From the IMG/VR virus record IMGVR_UViG_2740892234_000018, positions 1 to 29,602 of that record: a DNA stretch of 29,602 bases; one strand, written 5' to 3'. Each line of letters starts with the position of its first letter. Position 1 is the stretch's first letter. The stretch comes from a virus (lineage: Duplodnaviria > Heunggongvirae > Uroviricota > Caudoviricetes). The notes under the pieces are model-generated. The model made no database searches and was not told the DNA's origin. It worked only from the letters and a program-made list of their open reading frames with translations. Of the stretch, positions 8,050 to 17,148 are shown piece after piece. The position numbers were made by a program, and so were the translations under genes.

Positions 8050-9009
8050 ATGAAAATTTACATCGACGACGGCTCCACCAACATCAAGCTGGCATGGACT
8101 GAGAACGGCGAACGCCGCAACGCCATCAGCCCGAACAGCTTCAAGTCGGAATGGTCTGCGCCGTTCGGTGGCTCGCAGCCTGCGAACTACATGCTTGATG
8201 GCGTGCGCTATGGTTTTGATCCGGTCAGCGATCGCTTTGTCCAGACGACCGACACGCAATACCAGTACAGCGATGTGAATGTAATCGCCATTCACCACGC
8301 GCTGGTCAAATCAGGCATCACACCACAGGAGGTGGATGTGGTTGTCACCCTGCCACTGAGCGAATATTTCGACACAAACGCACAGCCGGACATGGCCAAC
8401 ATCAACCGCAAAAAAGCGAACGTTATGCGCCCGGTGGAGTACCAGAACGGTGAGGCATTCACTATCCGTAACGTGCGGGTTATGCCTGAATCCATTCCGG
8501 CTGGCTTTAAAGCACTGGCTGACATGAGTCCGTTTGAATCCCTGCTGATTGTGGATTTAGGCGGAACCACGCTGGATGTGGCAAAGGTTCAGGGACAACT
8601 GGCAGGTATCAGCCAGGTGTTTTGCGATCCACACGTAGGCGTTTCCCTGATGGCCGATGCCGTACTGTCGGTGATGGCCACTAACGGTATGCGTACCAGT
8701 CACCACATCGCCAATACCATTATCGAACATCGCCATGATGAAGCCTGGCTGCGCCAGCACATCCACAATGACGCGCATTACAACAGCCTGATGGCGGTTA
8801 TTCGTGAAAAGGAAGAAACACTGAAACAACGCGTGATCCGCGCGCTGGCGGTTTTTTCGGGTTACGGGCGGGTGATGGTTGTCGGTGGAGGGGCGGAGAT
8901 TGTGGCACCCGCTATCCGCGAAGCCTGCGGAGTTAATGCGACTTTCATCGCAGACGGGGTGCCACAGTTTGCTCTGGTTAATGGGCTGTACGCAATGGAC
9001 AAGGAGTAA
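8050..9009 (+). CDS. parM: ParM/StbA-family actin-like ATPase
   Basis: MKIYIDDGSTNIKLAW N-terminus plus SPNSF, YSDVNV, HHAL, MPESIPAG, DLGGTTLD, GGGAE and LVNG blocks, as in recalled plasmid R1 ParM. SD AAGGA upstream. Confidence 0.85.
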   Translation: MKIYIDDGSTNIKLAWTENGERRNAISPNSFKSEWSAPFGGSQPANYMLDGVRYGFDPVSDRFVQTTDTQYQYSDVNVIAIHHALVKSGITPQEVDVVVTLPLSEYFDTNAQPDMANINRKKANVMRPVEYQNGEAFTIRNVRVMPESIPAGFKALADMSPFESLLIVDLGGTTLDVAKVQGQLAGISQVFCDPHVGVSLMADAVLSVMATNGMRTSHHIANTIIEHRHDEAWLRQHIHNDAHYNSLMAVIREKEETLKQRVIRALAVFSGYGRVMVVGGGAEIVAPAIREACGVNATFIADGVPQFALVNGLYAMDKE

Positions 9010-9013
9010 ACCA

Positions 9014-9325
9014 ATGACGACACCAACCAGACGGATAAGTTACTATCTGAAGCCCGCCGCCGTCAAGAACGAAGGCGAAGCATGCGCATGGCTGGACAGC
9101 CTTACACCAGAAGCCCGCAAAAGCGGCCAACGCGTGGCTTTTCTGGCCGGGCTGGCACTTCTGAAAATGAATCCAGCAGAGGCTTACCGACTGGCTGCAT
9201 GGGCTGACGATGAGGCGTTATCAGTGACACAAACCAGGATAGAATGCCCCGCGTCACAGCCAGTATCAACCGCACAGATAACCAGTCAGATGGCCGGAAA
9301 TATCCGGGCGTTATTTCCCGAATAA
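9014..9325 (+). CDS. ParR/StbB-like small DNA-binding adaptor (putative)
   Basis: 103 aa immediately after the ParM-like gene; SD AAGGAG. RRISYYLKP...LDSLTPEAR...AFLAGLALLKMNP...IRALFPE parallels recalled ParR. Confidence 0.6.
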   Translation: MTTPTRRISYYLKPAAVKNEGEACAWLDSLTPEARKSGQRVAFLAGLALLKMNPAEAYRLAAWADDEALSVTQTRIECPASQPVSTAQITSQMAGNIRALFPE

Positions 9326-9330
9326 CACAA

Positions 9331-9354
9331 CATCAGGGCGCATCCGCCCTGATG
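9331..9354 (+). terminator. Hairpin downstream of the ParR-like gene
   Basis: CATCAGGGCG-catc-CGCCCTGATG 10-bp perfect stem; weak T tract, so only a possible terminator. Confidence 0.4.
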
Positions 9355-9423
9355 ACTTTAATCCGGGAACATAAACAAGGGGGACACAATGCAACACATT
9401 GACAGAGAAAAAGGAAAAAAAGC

Positions 9424-9831
9424 ATGAACAGAAAACAGAAACAAGAGTTGAAATACTTCTTACGTAAAGAAATTGCCAGGCTTGAAGATGCAGAGTCACA
9501 ATCATCAGAAATTCCGTTCGGAATGGATATCAACGACGCCCGTATGCTTCAGGCATACCGTATAGCTCAGGCTGCACTACAGACAAAACCGTTAAATAAC
9601 ATACATGAAAAGTATGATTATTTTACGGATACCGCTTGCTTGCTGACATCTGAAGAACAAAAGATAGCCCAACTTTTAGGCGACGCATGGAACCTGTATT
9701 TAACATTGCCAGTTGAGCATCCAATGGGTAGAGATGAATTTTGCCGGGCAATTCATCATTGCCAAAATATGGTGTTGGCACGCCCGGCCATCAGGGCGCT
9801 GGCCAGGAAGGGGCAAGGCTATAAAAGATAA
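9424..9831 (+). CDS. Hypothetical protein (orphan cargo gene next to cos)
   Basis: 135 aa; preceded by a 12-codon mini-ORF (9389..9427) that has its own SD and overlaps the start; followed by a strong terminator. Confidence 0.6.
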   Translation: MNRKQKQELKYFLRKEIARLEDAESQSSEIPFGMDINDARMLQAYRIAQAALQTKPLNNIHEKYDYFTDTACLLTSEEQKIAQLLGDAWNLYLTLPVEHPMGRDEFCRAIHHCQNMVLARPAIRALARKGQGYKR

Positions 9832-9834
9832 GTA

Positions 9835-9861
9835 AAACGCCCTCCTCCAGGGCGTTTATTT
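9835..9861 (+). terminator. Rho-independent terminator
   Basis: AAACGCCCT-cctcc-AGGGCGTTT 9-bp stem followed by a T-rich tract. Confidence 0.75.
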
Positions 9862-9864
9862 CAA

Positions 9865-9892
9865 TGCACAATAGTGCACAAATTTGCACAAT
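9865..9892. repeat. Three direct copies of TGCACAA
   Basis: aTGCACAAtagTGCACAAattTGCACAAttttttt, with about 10-bp phasing. Confidence 0.5.
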
Positions 9893-9895
9893 TTT

Positions 9896-10262
9896 TTTGA
9901 ACGACTTTTTACCCTTCCGGCCCGCATGGCGGCTGGATCCGTCAAGGATCCGTGCGTGCACAAAAAAACGCGCTTTTTCTGCGCGCAGGTGACGGGGGAA
10001 CAGCCCGCGTTTCAGGGGGTAAATAGCATCCCCTGAACGATATCGCAGCGACACAACAGAATGGCTGTATTTCTCACGCTGAGCGTGAAAAAGACGTGAG
10101 GGCTTTTGATTTGATGGGGTGAAAGGTAAGGCCGTCAAAATCGCACTGAGACGGCGAGAACATGCAGTCAACGCGGTGGGATTGCGTAAGAGTCTGACTG
10201 TCGATGATGGCAATAAGCAGGAAAGCGTCGTGAAATTATCTGATTGATACAAGAGCTGGAGA
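9896..10262. other. Candidate cos / packaging region
   Basis: Non-coding stretch immediately upstream of portal gene Q, where P2-like phages carry cos. Contains GGATCCgtcaaGGATCC and a G-rich 19-mer GGTGACGGGGGAACAGCCC (9988..10006) loosely resembling the recalled P2 cohesive end. Confidence 0.35.
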
Positions 10263-10265
10263 GTC

Positions 10266-10288
10266 GGGGCATAAATTTTTTATGCCCC
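10266..10288 (-). terminator. Palindromic hairpin downstream of Q
   Basis: GGGGCATAAA-ttt-TTTATGCCCC perfect 10-bp stem 28 bp past the Q stop; no clear U tract. Confidence 0.4.
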
Positions 10289-10315
10289 GGCGAAGCAGCA
10301 GACAAGCGAAGCGCG

Positions 10316-11362
10316 TCAGGATGTGGGCTGGGTGTCCAGCAGTGCGTAAGGGTTAAAGCGGATCACCTCTTCGCCAAGCCAGTCATTGATGTGCTTCATA
10401 GCCTCCATGACGGGCATCAGCTCGTTAATTGCGTAAACCCGCGCGGCCTTTTCCACATCACCAAACGCACTTTTTTCGCCCGGCATCGCCCCCATCAGTT
10501 GCGGCGGAACGCGGTGCGCAGCCAGCACATCATCACGGGATGCCGCCTTAACATTCATGAACTCATCCTTTGCGGTGATCTGCTGGAACGGCAAAATTTG
10601 CACCCCCTCTTTGCCCCCGTTGGACGCATGGATGAGCACGTTTTTAAACGCACCACCACCACGCGCACCCTGTAACGTTTCTTTCAGGGAGTCCATGCTT
10701 TCGCGGTTTACCTGCGCTGCACCGATGTAGATGATGCACCCGGCGTGGGATCCATTGTCGTAATACAGTTTTCTGAACATGTCCGCCGAATGAGACAGGC
10801 TGGCCGAGAGTAATGCGCCAAGATATTCCGGCATGCCGTAAATTTCCTGGTTAATGTCCGGATTCATCAGGTGGCACACTTTGCCAGGGCGAAACTGAAA
10901 CGCGTCCTTGCCATCCTGCACATACCACCATGACTCAAGATCGCTTCCGCGTCGCATGTATTTCGCCAGTGCGTGCCGTAATTTAAGCGGTTCGCCGAGC
11001 ATATTGCTTCTAAGCTCAAGAAATGCGTTACCGAACACAAACCAGTCCAGCGCCAGCGCCGAGAAATCCTGCCGGGAAAGCAGCGGGTGCGGAATATAGC
11101 AGCCGAGCAATACATTGCGCTTAAAGTAAAGCGCAGACTGATGCCAGGACGTTTGCCGGGCAGCTCTTGCCAGACCGTACCAGTCCACCGGGGTTTCGTA
11201 CCACCGCCCGTTATCAGCACAGTACATATTGTCCAGCAGGTCATGCCCGGTCAGGCGGTAAGGACCATCAAATGTGAATGCACTGAGCGACGATTCTTTC
11301 CTGAGCGCATCAGCGAGATCAATACGTGAACTCATGCGCAATTTTTTATTTTTTCTGCTCAT
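10316..11362 (-). CDS. Q: Portal protein (P2 gpQ-like)
   Basis: 348 aa, adjacent to and co-oriented with the terminase gene, at the P2 position of Q. A later in-frame start (MSSRID) is possible. Confidence 0.8.
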   Translation of the reverse strand: MSRKNKKLRMSSRIDLADALRKESSLSAFTFDGPYRLTGHDLLDNMYCADNGRWYETPVDWYGLARAARQTSWHQSALYFKRNVLLGCYIPHPLLSRQDFSALALDWFVFGNAFLELRSNMLGEPLKLRHALAKYMRRGSDLESWWYVQDGKDAFQFRPGKVCHLMNPDINQEIYGMPEYLGALLSASLSHSADMFRKLYYDNGSHAGCIIYIGAAQVNRESMDSLKETLQGARGGGAFKNVLIHASNGGKEGVQILPFQQITAKDEFMNVKAASRDDVLAAHRVPPQLMGAMPGEKSAFGDVEKAARVYAINELMPVMEAMKHINDWLGEEVIRFNPYALLDTQPTS

Positions 11363-13113
11363 CAGAACTCCATAACCGTGAAACGCTCGTTTTCTCCTTC
11401 GCCGCCAATCGGTTCGTTAATGACAGCAAGCATGGTTGCCCACGCAAGGTCGCCGTGGCTGATCCCCCTCGCACGGTCCGTTTCGTAAGTGATAAAGCCG
11501 CCCGGTGTTTTCACCTTACGCACGGCGTTAAAGGCCGCGACCAGCTCGCGTTCGGCGCGATCGTATTCCCACCGCCCGGCACGCATTATTTGCAGCATTT
11601 TCAGTACCAGCGACCGTTTTGATGACAGGGTGAAGGTGTACGGAATAGCTGCAGGGAAAAACCGTTTCACTATCTGATAAACAGCCTCCCCGTTCCCGCC
11701 CGTCACATCAATGCCGATGTGTTCCACGTTGTAGCGATACGTGAACTCTTCAATGACTCTGGCCTGTTCTTCAAACTCCAGCCCCTGAACGCGTCGCGTC
11801 TCCACCGTTCGAAAACGGCCACCAGGAACAGCCGGAGGAACCACCACGGACACAGCGCCGCTGTCGCCGTTGCCACTGCTGCCGTTTGCGTCATACCCAA
11901 TCCATACCGGACGATTCCCCATCGGGCGGGGAGCAAAAGGTTTCCAGTCTTTCCAGTCGTCGTATCCGTCAACACCGCAGCCAATCAGGATATTCAGGTT
12001 AAATGCCGATTCCCCTTCGCGGACAAACTCACACATATAGAGATTGAGGAACTCGTCTTCGGTGTTTTCATCACGAATTTCGTCGATATCGGTGTGTTTC
12101 CAGCCGTGTTTAACCACATCTTCCAGCGTGACAATTTGCCGCCACGTCCGGTCAGGGCAGATAAGCCCGTTATGCAGCGTTTTCCAGTCCACAGAAAAAC
12201 GCTGGCGTTTATGCGTGGCCTTTTTCTCGTTCCAGCGGTCGCCGTTCCAGTAGGCGTATGCCTCGTGCGTTTCGGTGGATGGCGTGGAGAAGTAGGTGCG
12301 CCGCAGTCCGCTGAGGGTTGCCATAGCGCCAGCCACCTTGCGCAGTTCGGCAAAGCGACTGACCCAGAAAAATTCATCAAAATAAAAATTGCCCGTATAG
12401 GACTGTGCCGACGCAGCAGAAGTGCCGAGAAAATGCAGCTCTGCGCCGTTGGAGAGGATGATTTTATCGCCCCCTTTCAGCTCCACATCAACTTCAGCCG
12501 CGGCCTTCTGAATAATGCTTTTAAACTGGAACGCCTGACGACGCGACGCAGACAAAAAAATCTGGTTACGCTGGTAAGGTTGCGCCACATCGTCACGCAG
12601 CGCCATCAGCAGAGCTTCCTGTGCAAAATACCAGGTCGCCCCAATCTGTCGGGATTTCAGGATCATCCTGTTACGTATCCCGGCTTCCCTGCAAAGGGTC
12701 AGGGAGTCAAACCAGCCCCGCTGATGCCACTCCAGCCTGCTGATGATTTTTTCCCGCAGTGCGGCAATCTGTTCCGGCGTGAAATGATTTTTGAGTTTTT
12801 TCGCCCGGCCTTTCTTTCCTGCGGCCATCACATCCGGCTGGCCATCATGCAGCTTTTTAAGCTGCCGGGTCAGCAGGTCTATTTCCTTAAAGTCACCGCC
12901 TGTTTTATTCTGTTTTTCAGTAAGCTGGATGAGGCGCGCATCGATGGACTGCGTGACACGCTGCACGGGTGGAGTTTCATCCCACTGGTCGCGTTTTTTC
13001 CACGCATAAATCGTGTTCGGGTTTATTCCCATCAGACGTGATATTTCTGCGGGCGGATAACCCTGCCAGTAAAGTTGTCGCGCACGCTGGCGCACAAAAG
13101 CGTCCTGAATCAT
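11362..13113 (-). CDS. P: Terminase large (ATPase) subunit (P2 gpP-like)
   Basis: 583 aa; N-terminal HTH (ISRLMGINPNTIYAWKK), then ATPase and nuclease regions; divergent from the capsid operon as in P2. Confidence 0.9.
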   Translation of the reverse strand: MIQDAFVRQRARQLYWQGYPPAEISRLMGINPNTIYAWKKRDQWDETPPVQRVTQSIDARLIQLTEKQNKTGGDFKEIDLLTRQLKKLHDGQPDVMAAGKKGRAKKLKNHFTPEQIAALREKIISRLEWHQRGWFDSLTLCREAGIRNRMILKSRQIGATWYFAQEALLMALRDDVAQPYQRNQIFLSASRRQAFQFKSIIQKAAAEVDVELKGGDKIILSNGAELHFLGTSAASAQSYTGNFYFDEFFWVSRFAELRKVAGAMATLSGLRRTYFSTPSTETHEAYAYWNGDRWNEKKATHKRQRFSVDWKTLHNGLICPDRTWRQIVTLEDVVKHGWKHTDIDEIRDENTEDEFLNLYMCEFVREGESAFNLNILIGCGVDGYDDWKDWKPFAPRPMGNRPVWIGYDANGSSGNGDSGAVSVVVPPAVPGGRFRTVETRRVQGLEFEEQARVIEEFTYRYNVEHIGIDVTGGNGEAVYQIVKRFFPAAIPYTFTLSSKRSLVLKMLQIMRAGRWEYDRAERELVAAFNAVRKVKTPGGFITYETDRARGISHGDLAWATMLAVINEPIGGEGENERFTVMEF

Positions 13114-13267
13114 TGCTCCCCCTGAGTAATTACAGGAAGATTACCCGCGCGCGAAACCGTTCTCCTTAACCCCCTGTTCTGACTGTTTTCTTACAACAAA
13201 AGCCCTTTGTATCAGCCTGTTACGCTTTGCCATCATGACTGAAGAACCAGTCAGAGGGGCAAAAACT
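13114..13267. promoter_or_regulatory. Divergent late promoter region between P and O
   Basis: Intergenic region between divergent operons; contains TGT...ACA partial dyads of the kind used by Ogr-type activators. Exact sites not resolved. Confidence 0.4.
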
Positions 13268-14104
13268 ATGGCTAATGAAAAAAAGACATCCCGCAAAAAG
13301 TTTCGCGTGGCTGTCTCCGGATCAACTGTTGATGGCCGCGAAATCAGCCCGGTACATCTGCGTGAAGCCGCCGAGAACTTCAACCCGGATGTTTACGCTG
13401 CCCGCGTGAACGTTGAGCACTATCTCTCGCCATGCCCGTCAAGCGAATTTTCCGCAATGGGCGATGTCACCGCGCTGAGTACGGAAGATATTACGGAAGG
13501 CCCGCTGGCCGGACGTACTGCGCTGTATGCAGAAATCGAACCGACCGAGCGCATGAAGCAGCTTGTCGCTGACGGCAAGAAAATCTATTCCAGTATCGAA
13601 CTGCACCCGCAGTTCTCCGTTAACGGGCGCGCCTATCTGGTCGGGCTGGCGATGACCGACACCCCGGCAAGCCTGGGCACTGAGCGCCTGAAATTCACGG
13701 CACAGCAACGTCAGGCGGTAATGACGTTCAACAGTGTCCAGGGTGAAGCGCCGCTTATCTCCGAAGCCATCGAGTCTGAAATCATCGAAATGGCAGAACA
13801 ACGCCAGGAAGAAGGCACCCAGTGGTTTAACCGCGTAATGGGGATTATTGGCCGTGGCCGCAAAGCGGATGACGCCAGTTTTTCCCGTATTCAGGAAGCG
13901 GTGGAAGGCGTCGCAACGTCACAGGCCGACATTATCGACCGTTTTAATGTGCTGGAAACCCGCCATCAGCAGGACCGCCAGAAAATTACGTCACTGACCA
14001 CAGAGCTGACAGCACTGAAGGAAAAACTGCGCACGCAGGACGGCGATCCGCAGAACCGGTTCACCGCAACGGGCGCAGCCTCCGACCAGCTGGCTGACTT
14101 CTGA
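13268..14104 (+). CDS. O: Capsid scaffolding protein (P2 gpO-like)
   Basis: Start at MANEKK with SD GAGGGG; FRVAVSGSTVDGREISPVHLREAAENFNP parallels the recalled gpO N-terminus. Confidence 0.85.
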   Translation: MANEKKTSRKKFRVAVSGSTVDGREISPVHLREAAENFNPDVYAARVNVEHYLSPCPSSEFSAMGDVTALSTEDITEGPLAGRTALYAEIEPTERMKQLVADGKKIYSSIELHPQFSVNGRAYLVGLAMTDTPASLGTERLKFTAQQRQAVMTFNSVQGEAPLISEAIESEIIEMAEQRQEEGTQWFNRVMGIIGRGRKADDASFSRIQEAVEGVATSQADIIDRFNVLETRHQQDRQKITSLTTELTALKEKLRTQDGDPQNRFTATGAASDQLADF

Positions 14105-14127
14105 TAAGACAAAGGAGCAAATTTTTT

Positions 14128-15180
14128 ATGAATCTGGTGATGTCAGATATTACCCGCAACAAGCTGGGTTGCTATATGGCGCAGCAGGCGTCGCTTAACA
14201 ATATCCCGGTTTCCGCACTGGTATCGCGATTTACCGTGGAACCCTCGGTACAGCAGCGTTTTGAAAACGCCTCAAAGGAAAGCACCGAATTTACAAAAAG
14301 AATTAACGTGATCGGCGTGACCGACCAGAAAGGCGAAAAAATCCTCCTGGATACCACCGGGCCGATTGCGCGCACGAATACCAGTTATGACGGCACAAAA
14401 CGCCGTAACCCGAATAACGTGGTTGATCTGAAAAACCGCAAATACCAGTGCGAACAGGTGAACTACGACACGTTTATTTCATATCCGCAGCTTGATGCCT
14501 GGGCGGCACACCCTGATTTTCAGTCCCGCATCAGCGCACAGATTGCCCGACAGGTGGCACTTGATCGCATCATGATCGGTTTCAACGGCACGTCTCACGC
14601 GGATGAGTCCAACTTCAGCACCAACAAGCTGCTTCAGGACGTTAACGTGGGCTGGCTGGAGCACATCAGAACCGACGCCAGCGAACGCGTTATGAATGAC
14701 GTGACGCTGACCTCCCGCAACATGGACAACACCGTGGCACACGCGGGTAAGTATGCGAACGCTGATGCACTGGTACAGGACGCGCGTTCATCCCTGCTGG
14801 ATGAATGGCACAAGGAAGCTGACGACCTCGTGGTGATTATGGGGCGCAACCTGTTTAACTCGCTGCGTCTGCCCGTGCTGAACAGCATCAGCGGCCAGAA
14901 TCCTAATGCGGAATTACTCGCCGGGCAGCTCATTCTGTCATCGCGCACCATTGGCGGGCTGGGCGTGTTCCTTGCGCCGTTCTTCCCGGATTCAACGATG
15001 CTGATCACCTCATTCAACAACCTGTCAATTTACTGGCAGAAAGGTTCAATGCGTCGTCTGATGAAAGACGAACCGGAATACAACCGCATCGCCACCTACC
15101 AGTCCATCAATGACGCTTATGTCGTTGAAGACTATGGCAAGTGCGCGATGGTCACTGGCCTGAAGTTCGCCGACAGCTAA
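14128..15180 (+). CDS. N: Major capsid protein (P2 gpN-like)
   Basis: 350 aa; blocks FTVEPSV, GFNG, LQDV.VGWL, YVVEDY match the recalled gpN layout. Confidence 0.9.
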   Translation: MNLVMSDITRNKLGCYMAQQASLNNIPVSALVSRFTVEPSVQQRFENASKESTEFTKRINVIGVTDQKGEKILLDTTGPIARTNTSYDGTKRRNPNNVVDLKNRKYQCEQVNYDTFISYPQLDAWAAHPDFQSRISAQIARQVALDRIMIGFNGTSHADESNFSTNKLLQDVNVGWLEHIRTDASERVMNDVTLTSRNMDNTVAHAGKYANADALVQDARSSLLDEWHKEADDLVVIMGRNLFNSLRLPVLNSISGQNPNAELLAGQLILSSRTIGGLGVFLAPFFPDSTMLITSFNNLSIYWQKGSMRRLMKDEPEYNRIATYQSINDAYVVEDYGKCAMVTGLKFADS

Positions 15181-15189
15181 TCAACTCAC

Positions 15190-15208
15190 GGCGGGCATCA
15201 TGCCCGCC
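15190..15208 (+). other. GC-rich hairpin between N and M
   Basis: GGCGGGC-atcat-GCCCGCC; no T tract, so perhaps an RNA stability or processing element. Confidence 0.3.
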
Positions 15209-15225
15209 TGTAACGGAGAGAAAAA

Positions 15226-16026
15226 ATGATTACTCCTGCACAGCAACACTGGCAGAACGTGATGGCACAGCGCGCAGGCCGGGCGAATGAAGGCGTGGAC
15301 CACGCCGCGCGTACCGCGCATGAAGAGGTGCTGTATCGTCTGCGTCTGGCACAGGCCCGGCTTAAGGGCGTACAGGCCAGAAGCGCGAAAGCCGCCATCA
15401 AAAAAGAGTTGTTGCCGGACTTTTCCGGCTGGATTGAGGGAACGCTGGAGGCTGACGGCGGGCAGCAGGATGAAGTGATTGCCACGCTGATGGTGTGGGC
15501 GATTGACTGCGGCGATCTTCCGCTTGCGCTGCGTATTGGTGCGTATGTGGTCCATCACAACCTCATCATGCCGGATAACTTTGGCCGTACTGCTGCCACA
15601 GTGCTGACCGAAGAAATCTGTAATCCGGTACTGACGCAGGCCGGGACGGATGCCGACGCGGATTTGTCCGCCTTTATCGAACCACTGGACACCCTCCGGG
15701 AGATTGTCACCGACCAGGACATGCCGGACGAAGTGCGCGCCAAATTATGCAAAGCGTGCGCCTTTGCCCGCCGTGGCCTGAGTGATGCGGACAGCATGGC
15801 CCTGTCACTGAAGCTGCTGCGCGAAGCAATGCACCTGAACCCGAACGCAGGTGTGAAACGCGAGATTGCAACCCTTTCCCGCGCCCTGAAAAAAGCCGAT
15901 TCCGCAGCCGCACCAGAAGACGCCAGCGCACAGCAGGCGCAGGACGAAAGCAGCAAAAGTAAAAAGACAACGCGGAAGCCTGCAACACGAAAAACCACCG
16001 CGACGCAGAAGGCGAAGCGCGGTTAA
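15226..16026 (+). CDS. M: Terminase small/endonuclease subunit (P2 gpM-like)
   Basis: 266 aa; MPDEVRAKL and AGVKREI blocks and a basic C-terminal tail, as in recalled gpM. Confidence 0.85.
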   Translation: MITPAQQHWQNVMAQRAGRANEGVDHAARTAHEEVLYRLRLAQARLKGVQARSAKAAIKKELLPDFSGWIEGTLEADGGQQDEVIATLMVWAIDCGDLPLALRIGAYVVHHNLIMPDNFGRTAATVLTEEICNPVLTQAGTDADADLSAFIEPLDTLREIVTDQDMPDEVRAKLCKACAFARRGLSDADSMALSLKLLREAMHLNPNAGVKREIATLSRALKKADSAAAPEDASAQQAQDESSKSKKTTRKPATRKTTATQKAKRG

Positions 16027-16043
16027 CGACTGACCCCGTCAGC

Positions 16044-16113
16044 GGGCGGCGTGCGCGGTGTTCCGGTTTGACTCCGTGACCGTTTACACCGCGCACCCAC
16101 CGCCCGATTTTTT
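16044..16113 (+). terminator. Rho-independent terminator between M and L
   Basis: Long imperfect stem GGGCGGCGTGCGCGGTG ... CACCGCGCACCCACCGCCC followed by six T. Confidence 0.6.
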
Positions 16114-16127
16114 CAGGAGTGAACCCC

Positions 16128-16622
16128 ATGAGTATGGTTGCCAGAACCAACCCCGGACCCGCAGAGGACGACATCACCGATACCGATGATGGTGATACCC
16201 GTATTTCAGCGGGTGCATTCTGGCCGGATATTGTGCTGCGTGAACTGCGCCTGGCGGTACGACTGCCGGGACGTGTGACCACCTCCCGCCTGCTGCATAC
16301 CGCCACCGGGGCCGTGGCACACGTTACCCGCGAGCTGGAAGCGTGGCAGCAGGAACAGCAGGCAGCTGGCCATCAGACGCTGGCCGATGTTCCGGCACCC
16401 GTAATTAACGGAGAAAGCGTCAATCTCTGGCACTGGCGCAATGCGGTTTACACCGCCACACGCGCCCTGATTCTGGAGCGTTACCGCGATGCGGACACAA
16501 CGGACAAGGGCGACCGCCGAGCGGACGCACTGGATATACAGACATCGGATTTGTGGCGCGATGTGAGCTGGGCCATCTCTGACATTCTGTGCCGCCCGCG
16601 AATCTTTGCGGAGTTGTGCTGA
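16128..16622 (+). CDS. L: Head completion/stabilisation protein (P2 gpL-like)
   Basis: ATG 16128 with AGGAG 8 nt upstream (the track's GTG 16119 is less likely); position after M as in P2. Confidence 0.75.
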   Translation: MSMVARTNPGPAEDDITDTDDGDTRISAGAFWPDIVLRELRLAVRLPGRVTTSRLLHTATGAVAHVTRELEAWQQEQQAAGHQTLADVPAPVINGESVNLWHWRNAVYTATRALILERYRDADTTDKGDRRADALDIQTSDLWRDVSWAISDILCRPRIFAELC

Positions 16623-16822
16623 TGAAAGTGAAGGCACTGGAAGGCGACACCGTGGATTCGCTCTGTTTCCGGTACTACGGCACGACGCAGGGCGTCACCG
16701 AAAAGGTGCTGGATGCCAACCCCGGACTCTGTCAGCAGGTATTTCTGGACGCCGGGCAGGAAGTTGAGATGCCGGAGCCGGAGAAGAAGAAACGAGAAAT
16801 GATTCAGTTGTGGGGGGAGTAG
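16622..16822 (+). CDS. X: Tail protein X (P2 gpX-like)
   Basis: 66 aa starting MKVKALEGDTV; ATG overlaps the L stop; size and position match P2 X. Confidence 0.7.
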   Translation: MKVKALEGDTVDSLCFRYYGTTQGVTEKVLDANPGLCQQVFLDAGQEVEMPEPEKKKREMIQLWGE

Positions 16823-16824
16823 CA

Positions 16825-17148
16825 GTGAGCACCATTCAAACAGGGATCACTGAGCAGGTTATTGCGTGGCTCTTTGACCACCTGCCAACGGTGTATGCAG
16901 TAGGCGCGGCGGTCAGCATTTCCGCGCTGATGAGTCTTTATGACGGACGAACACTGGTTCAGACCGTAACGGGATCGCTGGCGTGCGGCGTTCTTGCCAT
17001 GGCCGTGGCCGGGTCGTTGCGCTTCTTCGGGTTTCCTGAAGATGCCGTGACGTTTATCGGCGCATCAATCGGTTTTATGGGTGCAGAGAAAGCACGCGAC
17101 AAGGTTATTGCGGCCTTTAATCGCAGGGTGAAGGAGAAGGACGAATGA
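16825..17148 (+). CDS. Holin (putative, three predicted TM segments)
   Basis: GTG start with GGGGGAG SD (alternative GTG at 16810); three hydrophobic segments; directly upstream of the endolysin. Confidence 0.6.
   Translation: MSTIQTGITEQVIAWLFDHLPTVYAVGAAVSISALMSLYDGRTLVQTVTGSLACGVLAMAVAGSLRFFGFPEDAVTFIGASIGFMGAEKARDKVIAAFNRRVKEKDE

Noticed and set aside
11719-13041. 440-aa ORF on the + strand
   Set aside because: Lies entirely antisense within terminase gene P; low-complexity, Arg/Pro-rich translation with no RBS context. Judged a frame artefact of the GC-rich coding strand.
15707-16306. 199-aa ORF on the - strand
   Set aside because: Antisense to M and L and spans the M-L terminator; Arg/Ser-rich low-complexity translation.
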